From contig JACOYD010000003.1 of the NCBI GenBank assembly GCA_016182055.1, positions 1 to 32,768 of the forward strand: 32,768 nt of DNA. The letters are read 5' to 3'. Of this stretch, positions 6,545 to 14,722 are shown piece after piece; the first letter of the stretch is position 1, and the number at the start of each line of letters is the position of its first letter. The notes below the pieces were generated by a model. The model had not been told where the DNA came from. It made no database searches and saw only the letters and a list, made by a program, of their open reading frames with translations. This stretch comes from Candidatus Microgenomates bacterium (GTDB taxonomy: Bacteria; Patescibacteriota; Microgenomatia; Levybacterales; JACOYD01). The translations under genes and the position numbers were made by a program.

Positions 6545-9364
6545 ATGCCCAAACGATTACTGCCTCTTCATTTAGTTAATTCGATAAAAGGAGAAAGTAT
6601 TGCCCTAGTTGCCGGGGGAGCCGGTTTTATCGGTTCAAAATTGTGTGAAGAACTTCTGAAAACCTGTCAGGTGATTTGCCTTGACAATCTTCGTTTTGGT
6701 AAAAGAGAAAATATTAAACACAGTCTTACCAACCCCAGGTTTACTTTTATTGAACATGATATCACCAAACCCATTGGCGATTTACTGCGCAGAAAAGTTC
6801 ACTACATTTTTCATGCGGCCGGAGTTGATGATGGGCAGAGAGAAGAAAAAGCGTCGTTAGAAAATCTCTTACTCAACAGCAACGGTACGAAAAATCTTTT
6901 GGAAAAAGCACTGTCTGATGGCGCAAAATTTCTACTGGTGTCAACGTTGAAAATGGAAAAAAATGAGGAAGAGGCAATTGATGGGGCAGGGGCAAGATTA
7001 TTTTCCGAAAGCATCACGGCAGAGTATATAAAAAAATTTGGAGTCAATGGCAGAATTATTCGGTTGGGACATCTGTTTGGTCCGCGCATGCCGCTTAACA
7101 CAAAAAACCCTCTGGCCGTGATTATTAAAAACTTAGTAACCCAAGAAAAGGTAGAGTTGGCAAATGACGAAATGACCAGACTTTATCCCGTTTTTGTAGA
7201 CGACTGCATAAGCCCAATATTAAAAGTCATGTTTGATGCGGGAACAGCAGGTAAAATATTTAACCTTATTCCTTCCCGCTCTATCACACTTTTGGAACTG
7301 GCGCAGATTCTACAGGAGATAAACCCTAAGTTTTCTCTTGAATTTGGTGGCATTGGAGAAACTATCAAGCCTTTTTCCCGGGAACACTTTACGCAGGGAA
7401 CCACTCTTGCCCTTTCTTACAGAGAAGAATTTATTGATCAGCTAAAGGAAACACTGGCCTTTTTCCAAAAAAATGCCCTTTTTTCAAAACGGGAAAAACA
7501 GCCCCAGCCGGTGAAAAAAAACGAGACGTTTCCCCTAAGATTTACCATCACGGTTTTTCTAATAGCCCTGTTATTTTTTAGTATCATTTTGCCATCTTTC
7601 CTAATGGCAGCAGCTGGAGCTGTTGGCATTTTTCAGTTAAATAAGGCATACGGTCAAGCAAAAAATGGTCAATTTACGGACGCGGTTAAAAGTGCTTCTT
7701 TTGGACAACAAGCTTTTGGCGCTGGTAAAAATGCCCTGCCTTTTCTTTCCTGGCAATTTTCTATTTTGGGAAAAGAAAGCGCCAGAGATAGCATATTTCT
7801 CCTTTTTAAATCAGGTGAAGATGCCAGTTTATCTATTTTAAATCTATCACAGGCCAGCGTTTCTTTAGGTGAATTTTTTCAGAAAAGTGTTTCCGGCAAT
7901 GCACACCTGGCCAAACCTGTTTTTGATAAAGCCCAGGGTGAGTTTAATGCCGCGGCTGAGAAAATTTCAATTCTGGAGAAAGAGCTTAAAATGCTGACGG
8001 AGTCATCTTTGCCTGCGCCAGTTGCCGTATATCTTAATAGTAAAAAAGAAATACTTACAAAGCAGAGAGAAGCAATATCGCTTGGTCAAACATTCATTGC
8101 TCTGCTGCCGGATCTTTTGGGCTTTGATGATAAACGGGTTTATCTAGTTCTTTTTCAAAATAATATGGAGCTTAGAGCAACCGGAGGTTTTATAGGTTCA
8201 TATGGCATTGTGACATTTGAAAAAGGCAGTCTTATTTCTTTTGATGTGTCCGATGTGTATGCAGCCGACGGACAATTGCGCGGTCATGTTGAGCCGCCAC
8301 TACCAATTCGTAAATACCTGGAGCAGCCCAACTGGTTTTTGAGGGATAGCAATTGGGATGTTGATTTTCAAAACTCTGCCGCGCAGGCCAGCTTTTTTCT
8401 GCAAAAAGAGGTCGGTATTTCCGTATCTGGAGTTATGGCGATGGATGTGACATTTACCCAGTTTTTGCTGCAAAGCTTGGGTTCAGTTTCCCTTCCTGAC
8501 TATAAAGAAACAATTACTGCTGAAAATTTATTTGCTTCGGCCCAAGCCCATGCCCAGGATAATTTTTTTCCCGGCTCCACTCAAAAAAAAGATTTCTTAT
8601 CTGCCCTTTCCCGCCGTCTTATTGATAAGCTTCTTTATGAGAAAAATACTCCCTGGTTGTCTGTGTTTGAAGCGGTGCAAAAGGGAGCAGTGCAAAAGCA
8701 TCTGTTGTTTTCCTTCAACAATGAGGCGGTGCAGAAAGTTTTCAACTTAAATAACTGGGGGGGAAGAGTTTTGACGGCTGATGAAAAAGAGGGCCGTTTT
8801 AACGATTTCCGCATGCTTAATGAAGCAAACCTGGGCGTTAACAAAGTTAATTTTTGGGTTAAACGCAAAATTACAGACGAAATAACAATTGACAAAGACG
8901 GGCTAGTCAGCGGCAAGTTATCAATATTTTTAACCAACGATAGTTCCGGAGAATTGCCCGGCGGCTCCTACATCAGTTATCTGCGGGCATTTTTCCCCAA
9001 AAACACGCAAATTACCAAAATAACAATTGACCAAGAAGAGCAGAAAGAAATTGATGAAACCACAGAGTCCGGCAAAAGCGTCTTTGGCTTCTTGGCAAAT
9101 ATTGCGCCCAGGAGCACCAAAGTAATTGCCATTAACTACAGTTTGTCTGCGCTCTTTCCTCAAGTGACAGGAAGCAGTACCTATGCCCTCATTTTTCAAA
9201 AACAGCCGGGAACAAATGAGGACTCTTTAACAGTGACAATAAATTACCCGCAGGAGCTTAGCATTAAAGAGACCAACGCCAGCGTCTTTAAAGAAAAGCA
9301 AATGATTACGCTTTCCACAGATCTGGGCGAAGACAGATTATTTACTGTTGAATTTTTACGCTGA
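6545..9364 (+). CDS. Fusion protein: N-terminal NAD-dependent epimerase/dehydratase (extended SDR) fold, a TM segment, and a C-terminal DUF4012 domain.
   Basis: Rossmann motif GGAGFIGSKL and UXS/RmlB-like layout over roughly the first 310 aa. Hydrophobic span FPLRFTITVFLIALLFFSIILPSFLMAAAGAVGIF. DUF4012 hallmark ELRATGGFIGSYG. Confidence 0.8.
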   Translation: MPKRLLPLHLVNSIKGESIALVAGGAGFIGSKLCEELLKTCQVICLDNLRFGKRENIKHSLTNPRFTFIEHDITKPIGDLLRRKVHYIFHAAGVDDGQREEKASLENLLLNSNGTKNLLEKALSDGAKFLLVSTLKMEKNEEEAIDGAGARLFSESITAEYIKKFGVNGRIIRLGHLFGPRMPLNTKNPLAVIIKNLVTQEKVELANDEMTRLYPVFVDDCISPILKVMFDAGTAGKIFNLIPSRSITLLELAQILQEINPKFSLEFGGIGETIKPFSREHFTQGTTLALSYREEFIDQLKETLAFFQKNALFSKREKQPQPVKKNETFPLRFTITVFLIALLFFSIILPSFLMAAAGAVGIFQLNKAYGQAKNGQFTDAVKSASFGQQAFGAGKNALPFLSWQFSILGKESARDSIFLLFKSGEDASLSILNLSQASVSLGEFFQKSVSGNAHLAKPVFDKAQGEFNAAAEKISILEKELKMLTESSLPAPVAVYLNSKKEILTKQREAISLGQTFIALLPDLLGFDDKRVYLVLFQNNMELRATGGFIGSYGIVTFEKGSLISFDVSDVYAADGQLRGHVEPPLPIRKYLEQPNWFLRDSNWDVDFQNSAAQASFFLQKEVGISVSGVMAMDVTFTQFLLQSLGSVSLPDYKETITAENLFASAQAHAQDNFFPGSTQKKDFLSALSRRLIDKLLYEKNTPWLSVFEAVQKGAVQKHLLFSFNNEAVQKVFNLNNWGGRVLTADEKEGRFNDFRMLNEANLGVNKVNFWVKRKITDEITIDKDGLVSGKLSIFLTNDSSGELPGGSYISYLRAFFPKNTQITKITIDQEEQKEIDETTESGKSVFGFLANIAPRSTKVIAINYSLSALFPQVTGSSTYALIFQKQPGTNEDSLTVTINYPQELSIKETNASVFKEKQMITLSTDLGEDRLFTVEFLR

Positions 9365-9387
9365 ATAAGGTATACTTCGTATCTTGT

Positions 9388-10137
9388 ATGAAAAAAGCAA
9401 AAATCACTGTTGAGAAAAGAGTATTTTTAGGTAAAAAAGTTAAAAAACTGCGGCGGGAGGGGATTTTGCCTGCCACCATTTACGGCAAGAATGTTAAATC
9501 TATGTCAGTACAACTGCCTGCAAAAGAGTTTGACAGGCTCTATAAAGAAGTGGGGGAAACAGGTCTTGTTGAAGTTTCGCTTGATAAAGAATTACCCCGT
9601 CCGGCTTTTATCAAACATGTACAGCTTGATCCAATATCTTCTTTACCCCTTCACGCCGATTTCTACCAGGTAAATCTAACGGAAAAGGTTAAAGCCATGG
9701 TGCCGGTGGCGGCTCTTGGCGAACCTAAGGCTGTGCTTGATAAAGTGGGAGTTTTATTAACTCCTCTTTCGGAGATTGAGGTTGAGAGTTTGCCAACCGA
9801 TGTTCCGGAAAAAATCGAAGTTGACGTGTCGCACTTAGCACAGGTAGACGAACAAATTAAAGTTTCTGACCTCAAAGTTACATCCGGTGTAGTCGTGTTA
9901 ACGGAGGCAGAACAGATTTTGTTTAAGATAGGATCTCTGGTAACCAAAGAAGCAGAGGAACAGGCCAAAGCCGAAGAAGCCGCCGCAGCCGCTGCCGCAG
10001 CAGAGGCCGGTGTAGCAGCAGGCGAGGCGCCTGTGGAAGGGCAAGCTCCTACTGCTGAAGGAGAAAAACTCGCAACTGCCCAAGCTCCCAAGGAAGCTGA
10101 ACCGCAAAAGGCTCAGCCCGAGGAAAAACCTCAATAA
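9388..10137 (+). CDS. rplY: 50S ribosomal protein L25/Ctc with an Ala/Glu/Pro-rich C-terminal tail.
   Basis: RVFLGKKVKKLRREGILPATIYGK...HVQLDPISSLPLHADFYQV is the Ctc-type two-domain L25. The tail reads EEQAKAEEAAAAAAAAEAGVAAGEAP... Confidence 0.88.
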   Translation: MKKAKITVEKRVFLGKKVKKLRREGILPATIYGKNVKSMSVQLPAKEFDRLYKEVGETGLVEVSLDKELPRPAFIKHVQLDPISSLPLHADFYQVNLTEKVKAMVPVAALGEPKAVLDKVGVLLTPLSEIEVESLPTDVPEKIEVDVSHLAQVDEQIKVSDLKVTSGVVVLTEAEQILFKIGSLVTKEAEEQAKAEEAAAAAAAAEAGVAAGEAPVEGQAPTAEGEKLATAQAPKEAEPQKAQPEEKPQ

Positions 10138-10168
10138 CCTTTTTATTTTCGTTAGAAAACAAACTTGT

Positions 10169-10546
10169 TTATTTATCCCTTATTACTTTCTCCAATTCTC
10201 TGGCAGGTTCAAAGTTAGGGTCAAGGGTCAGGGTTTTATTTAAATAGTACTTTGCTTCCGAAAGGCGATTGAGCCGATAAGTCAAAACCGCCAGCTCAAA
10301 ATAGGCATCGCGAAAGTCTGGCCGCTTGGCCGCCACCTGCTGCCACCGGGCAATTTGGGCCTCCAGATTCTGTTTTTCCGCCTGCTTCGTCTGTGCTCTC
10401 TGGTAGGTCTGATAAAGATTTTGCCCAAATTTTCCCAGCTGGAAAAGCAGAATAGAGGCTACTATTAGAATAATAAACATTCGCCAGAAGGTTTTTGCGG
10501 TAATTTTGCGGAAAATCTGCGGGAAATATGACTTTAACGCGGCCAT
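10169..10546 (-). CDS. Small membrane-anchored TPR-like protein.
   Basis: N-terminal TM (FWRMFIILIVASILLFQL), then a TPR-like helix pair (AYFELAVLTYRLNRLSEAKYYLNKTLTLDPN). Its start overlaps the valS 3' end by 13 nt. Confidence 0.6.
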   Translation of the reverse strand: MAALKSYFPQIFRKITAKTFWRMFIILIVASILLFQLGKFGQNLYQTYQRAQTKQAEKQNLEAQIARWQQVAAKRPDFRDAYFELAVLTYRLNRLSEAKYYLNKTLTLDPNFEPARELEKVIRDK

Positions 10547-12663
10547 GCCTCTATCATAATTGATTTTTGCTCATGAGACAATAACTGGTACAGCTTTTCG
10601 GTAATAAAGGGCATAAAAGGATGAAGAAGCCGTAACAAAATTAAAAATGAAAAATGAAGAATTAAAAATGAATTTTGGTTAAGGCGGTTTTTGACGTCTT
10701 CGATATATTTGTCGGCAAAGGTGTGCCAGATAAAGTCATAAAGGGTCTCTGCTGCACGGTTAAAGTTATAAGCTTCCAAATCTTTGGTCACTGTTTTAAT
10801 TAATATTTGGGTCTTCCCAACGATCTCTTTATCGTTTTTATGTTGGGCCAGATTGTTTAATTGTTTTATCGTTAGATTGTTTCGGATTTCGGATTTCGGA
10901 TTTAGAGTTTCTCGTTTCATGTCGATGAAACGAGTGATGTTCCACAGTTTATTAGTGAAATTTCTGGCTGCCTGCAGTTTGGGATAAGAGAGGGCCTGAT
11001 CATTACCCAAAGCCGTACCATAAACCAGGGCAAAGCGCACAGCATCAGCGCCATATTGATCAATTAATTCCAGGGGGTTAACCACATTACCCTTGCTTTT
11101 ACTCATCTTTTGTCCCAACGGGTCTCTCACCATGCCGTGCAGAACTACATGCTCAAAAGGGATTTTTTTTGTCGTATAAAGTCCGACCATCACCATTCTG
11201 GCCACCCACCAGCGCAGAATTTCATAGCCTGTTTCCATCACGCTGGTGGGATAAAAATACTCATAATCAGAAAGTTCCTGATTATTTATTTTTGATTTTG
11301 GGCTACTCATCAGAGTGGCGAACGGCCACTGGGCCGAGGAAAACCAGGTGTCAAAAACATCGGAATCCTGCTCCCAATCTTTTCCTGACGGCGCCTCGCC
11401 TTCAGTTACCATCCACCTCCCTGTTTTGGTGTTTCTCCAGGCCGGAATTCGTATTCCCCAGACAATTTGCCGACTGATATTCCAGTCTTTGATGTTTTCC
11501 AGAAATTGAAAATATATCTTTTCAAAACGCCGGGGGAAAATTTTAATTTCCCCTTTTTTAACCGCGTCAATTGCCGGTTTGGCCAACGGTTCCATTTTAA
11601 CAAACCATTGTTCAAGCGGAAGCGGCTCAATAACGGTTTTACACTTATAACAAAGCCCTACTCTATGTTGATAGTTCTCGTCTACCTTTTCCAGCAGTCC
11701 TCTCTTTTTCATTATCTCAACCACCGCAGTTCTAGCCTGTTTAACAGTTAATCCGGCAAACTTGCCTGCTTTGTCATTTAATTTACCGTTAAAATCAATT
11801 ACCTGTCTGGCAGGCAAATTATGTCTTTGGCCGATTTCAAAATCGGTAAAGTCGTGAGCGGGGGTGACTTTAATCACTCCGGTACCAAACTCGGGGTCAA
11901 CCGTTTCATCGGCCACCACTTTAATTTTGGCCGGCCCCAATACTGTTTCTATTTCAATTTCTTTACCAACATATTTTTGATAACGCTTGTCTTGTGGATG
12001 AACAGCTACGCCGGTATCGCCAAACTTGGTTTCCGGCCGCACCGTGGCTAAAACTAGCGGCCCGTATTTAATATAGTAGAGGGGATCTTTTCGTTCCTCA
12101 TAAATTACCTCTAAGTCAGAAAAACTGGTCCCGTCTTTAGTACAATAATTAACCAGACGTTTGGCCCGATAGACCAAGCCATCATCGTACATTTTCTTAA
12201 AGGTTTTATAGACAATTCCGATAATATCCTCGTCCAGAGTAAATTTCATCCGGTTCCAATCCAGAGAAAAACCCAATCGACGCAGTTGACTCTCCATGCC
12301 GCCGCGGTTTTTCTCCACAAAATCCCAAATCATCTGATAGAGCGTCTTTCTATCGTAATCAAAGCGCGATTTGCCTTGCGAGGCCAGATATTTTTCAAAG
12401 ACAAACTGGGTTTCAAAACCGGCATGGTCAGCTCCCGGCAGCCACAGCGTGGGGCTGCCCTTCATGCGATGGTAGCGGATTAAAATATCCTCAATTACAT
12501 ACATGGCATGGCCAAAATGAAGCGGGGCATTGGCGTTGGGGGGAGGAAGAATAATGGAGTAGAGAGAAGCATTTTTCTTCAATTGCGGTTGAAAATATCC
12601 GCTTTCTTCCCACGTCTGATAAATCTTTCCCTCCATTTCCTGATGTTTATAGACCTTATCCAT
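10534..12663 (-). CDS. valS: Valine--tRNA ligase (short, 709 aa).
   Basis: PPPNANAPLHFGHA (HIGH), KMSKSKGN, LWLPGADHAGFETQ, and the editing-domain TVRPETKFGDTGVAVHP...GTGVIKVTPAHD. Confidence 0.92.
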   Translation of the reverse strand: MDKVYKHQEMEGKIYQTWEESGYFQPQLKKNASLYSIILPPPNANAPLHFGHAMYVIEDILIRYHRMKGSPTLWLPGADHAGFETQFVFEKYLASQGKSRFDYDRKTLYQMIWDFVEKNRGGMESQLRRLGFSLDWNRMKFTLDEDIIGIVYKTFKKMYDDGLVYRAKRLVNYCTKDGTSFSDLEVIYEERKDPLYYIKYGPLVLATVRPETKFGDTGVAVHPQDKRYQKYVGKEIEIETVLGPAKIKVVADETVDPEFGTGVIKVTPAHDFTDFEIGQRHNLPARQVIDFNGKLNDKAGKFAGLTVKQARTAVVEIMKKRGLLEKVDENYQHRVGLCYKCKTVIEPLPLEQWFVKMEPLAKPAIDAVKKGEIKIFPRRFEKIYFQFLENIKDWNISRQIVWGIRIPAWRNTKTGRWMVTEGEAPSGKDWEQDSDVFDTWFSSAQWPFATLMSSPKSKINNQELSDYEYFYPTSVMETGYEILRWWVARMVMVGLYTTKKIPFEHVVLHGMVRDPLGQKMSKSKGNVVNPLELIDQYGADAVRFALVYGTALGNDQALSYPKLQAARNFTNKLWNITRFIDMKRETLNPKSEIRNNLTIKQLNNLAQHKNDKEIVGKTQILIKTVTKDLEAYNFNRAAETLYDFIWHTFADKYIEDVKNRLNQNSFLILHFSFLILLRLLHPFMPFITEKLYQLLSHEQKSIMIEAWPR
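10637..10671. repeat. 7-nt periodic repeat (AAAATGA-type, about 5 units) inside valS.
   Basis: aaaatta aaaatga aaaatga agaatta aaaatga, read directly. Encodes FLILHFSFLIL on the minus strand. Confidence 0.7.
10880..10907. repeat. (TTTCGGA)x3 plus TTTAGAG heptanucleotide tandem repeat inside valS.
   Basis: Read directly. Encodes NPKSEIRN on the minus strand. Confidence 0.85.
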
Positions 12664-12670
12664 GGCTCAA

Positions 12671-12699
12671 ATTGTAGCAGAGAGAATGAGGTTATACAA
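12671..12699 (-). promoter_or_regulatory. valS promoter: TTGTAT-17-TGcTACAAT.
   Basis: On the minus strand, the -35 is the complement of 12694-12699 and the -10 is the complement of 12671-12676. The start codon A is at 12663, so 7 nt separate the -10 from the ATG, implying a leaderless transcript. Confidence 0.55.
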
Positions 12700-12719
12700 T
12701 GCTCCAAACTTTTGGTATA

Positions 12720-12748
12720 TTGACATGTTTAGTCATGTTTGGTACAAT
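12720..12748 (+). promoter_or_regulatory. Near-consensus promoter TTGACA-17-TGgTACAAT for the HTH-PIN pair.
   Basis: TTGACA at 12720-12725, a 17-nt spacer, TG at 12740-12741, and TACAAT at 12743-12748. The ATG at 12755 lies 6 nt after the -10. Confidence 0.7.
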
Positions 12749-12754
12749 ATAGTT

Positions 12755-13021
12755 ATGATCGACAGTCAAGTTTTGCCTAAAGCTTATACTCCCGAGCAGG
12801 CGGCAGCCATGCTCCAGCTTAGTAAAAATACCATTTACCAGTTGATTGGCAGAGGAGAAATTGTGGCCAAAAAAATAGGTAAAGTGTACAGAATTCCTCA
12901 AAGTTCGCTTTCTTTTATTTTTTCCGGTTTAGATGAAGATCTTTTAAGAGCACAAAAAGAAGATTTCAAAAACCTGGATAAAATCCAAAGTGCTCTGGCT
13001 AAAGTGAGAAAAAATCCGTGA
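12755..13021 (+). CDS. Excisionase/MerR-family helix-turn-helix DNA-binding protein; putative antitoxin.
   Basis: AAAMLQLSKNTIYQLIGRGEIVAKKIGKVYRIPQSSL is an HTH_17-like motif. The track ORF starts at 12662, but that would overlap the valS start and contain its own promoter. ATG 12755 is preferred. Confidence 0.7.
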   Translation: MIDSQVLPKAYTPEQAAAMLQLSKNTIYQLIGRGEIVAKKIGKVYRIPQSSLSFIFSGLDEDLLRAQKEDFKNLDKIQSALAKVRKNP

Positions 13022-13443
13022 GTAAAAAAGTTTTTGTTGATTCCGATGTGGTGATTTCTTCTCTACTATCCCAAAAAGGCGCGGCAAACCTTCTTTTAAA
13101 TAAACAAAGAGATAAATTTAGCATTTCCAACATTTCCCAAAAAGAACTAAAGAAAGTAGTTGATAGATTGGGAATAAGTCAGGATAAACTGCAGACTTTA
13201 ATTAGAAAAAGGCTCAAAGTAGTTAAGCTTAGAGAAAATAAAACAAAGATTAAAAGTAATTTTCAAGCCTATTCAACAGATCCTAATGACGCTCATATTG
13301 TGGCCGGGGCTAAAGCTGCCAAAGCTAAGTTTTTATTAACTTATAATCTCAAACATTTTCAAAGACAAAAGATTTATGATGATTTAGGCATTGTAGTTTT
13401 AACTCCGGCCCAATACCTACAGTATTTAAGAAGTTTAGGATAG
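13018..13443 (+). CDS. PIN-domain protein; putative toxin.
   Basis: VFVDSDVVISSL...TDPNDAHIVAGAKAAKAKFLLTYNLKHF fits the PIN_3 pattern. The GTG start overlaps the upstream stop by 4 nt. Confidence 0.7.
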   Translation: MSKKVFVDSDVVISSLLSQKGAANLLLNKQRDKFSISNISQKELKKVVDRLGISQDKLQTLIRKRLKVVKLRENKTKIKSNFQAYSTDPNDAHIVAGAKAAKAKFLLTYNLKHFQRQKIYDDLGIVVLTPAQYLQYLRSLG

Positions 13444-13485
13444 TTCGCGCTTAATTTAACCCCTTGTGCTATACTAAATTTTGCC

Positions 13486-14703
13486 ATGGAAGATGTTGAT
13501 GAACTTATTTATACCGCTGTTTTTTCTTCAAATAATAATGAAAAACAACAGGCGCGGTTGATTATCAGAAAAAAGGCACAACAGCTTGGTATTTTTACCG
13601 CCTCAATAAATAATCTTTATCGGGCCATTGGCAGGGGAGCTTTGCGTCAGAACGGGACAGGCTTTACTGTGGCCGCAATCAATATTAGAACACTGACATA
13701 TGATACCGCCCGGCTGATTTTTCGCTTGATGACAGAACAGGCCATTGGGGCGGTTATTTTTGAAATTGCCCGCTCCGAGATTGGCTATACCGATCAAAGT
13801 CCGGACGAGTATGCGGTTTCTATTTTGGCAGCAGCGGTAAAAGAAAATTACCAGGGCCCTGTTTTTCTCCAGGGCGATCATTTTCAGGTTAATGAAATAG
13901 AACAGACAAAAAACTTGATCAAACAGGCCTTGAATGCCGGATTTTACAACATCGATATTGACGCATCGGTGCTGGTTAATTTATCTTTGCCCGATTTAGA
14001 CGCCCAGCAGAGGCAAAACTACGAGACAACGGCAGAACTTACTCAATACGTTCGTCAACAACAGTTACAAGGAGTGACCGTTTCCATTGGCGGGGAAATA
14101 GGCCATATTGGCGGGAAAAACAGCACGGTTGCGGATTTTGAAGCCTTTATGAAAGGCTATACCGCCCTGGTGAAAGATAATGGAATTAGCAAAATAAGCG
14201 TGCAGACAGGCACTACTCATGGAGGAGTGCCCCTGCCCGCAGGTATGCTGATTCCCATTACACCGGATTTTACTATACTTCATGATATAGGCTTGGTGGC
14301 CCGGAAGAAATACGGCCTGGGGGGAGCAGTGCAACACGGCGCCTCCACATTGCCAATAGAACACTTTCCCAAATTTGTAGAAGCGCAGACTTTAGAAATT
14401 CATCTGGCCACCGGTTGGCAAAATATTGTTTTTGAAACTATGCCCCAGTCGCTGCGGGAAGAAATTTACCAATGGCTTTTTGATAATCAAAAAGCCGACT
14501 GGCAGGAAGGATGGTCAAAAGAGCAGTTTATCTACAAAACCAGAAAAAAAACTCTCGGGCCTTTCAAGAAAAAACTGTGGAATCTTACAGATGAGGAAAA
14601 GCGGCCAATGTTGCAAAACCTCACCCAGCGGTTTACAGATATTTTTGAAAATCTCGGTCTCTTTAATACTAAAAACACAGTGGCAAAATATATTCATCAA
14701 TAA
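13486..14703 (+). CDS. fba: Class II fructose/ketose-bisphosphate aldolase family protein.
   Basis: Class II metal and active-site blocks PVFLQGDHFQ, NIDIDAS, GGEIGHIGG, VQTGTTHGG and AVQHGASTLP. TGcTATACT lies 10 nt upstream of the ATG. Confidence 0.75.
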   Translation: MEDVDELIYTAVFSSNNNEKQQARLIIRKKAQQLGIFTASINNLYRAIGRGALRQNGTGFTVAAINIRTLTYDTARLIFRLMTEQAIGAVIFEIARSEIGYTDQSPDEYAVSILAAAVKENYQGPVFLQGDHFQVNEIEQTKNLIKQALNAGFYNIDIDASVLVNLSLPDLDAQQRQNYETTAELTQYVRQQQLQGVTVSIGGEIGHIGGKNSTVADFEAFMKGYTALVKDNGISKISVQTGTTHGGVPLPAGMLIPITPDFTILHDIGLVARKKYGLGGAVQHGASTLPIEHFPKFVEAQTLEIHLATGWQNIVFETMPQSLREEIYQWLFDNQKADWQEGWSKEQFIYKTRKKTLGPFKKKLWNLTDEEKRPMLQNLTQRFTDIFENLGLFNTKNTVAKYIHQ

Positions 14704-14722
14704 GTGTTATACTTTTATTATT

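Noticed and set aside
14426-14722. N-terminal extension of the Lon-like ORF.
   Set aside because: It overlaps the last ~280 nt of the aldolase gene in another frame and gives a basic, junk-like peptide. An extended -10 (14705-14713) precedes ATG 14723.
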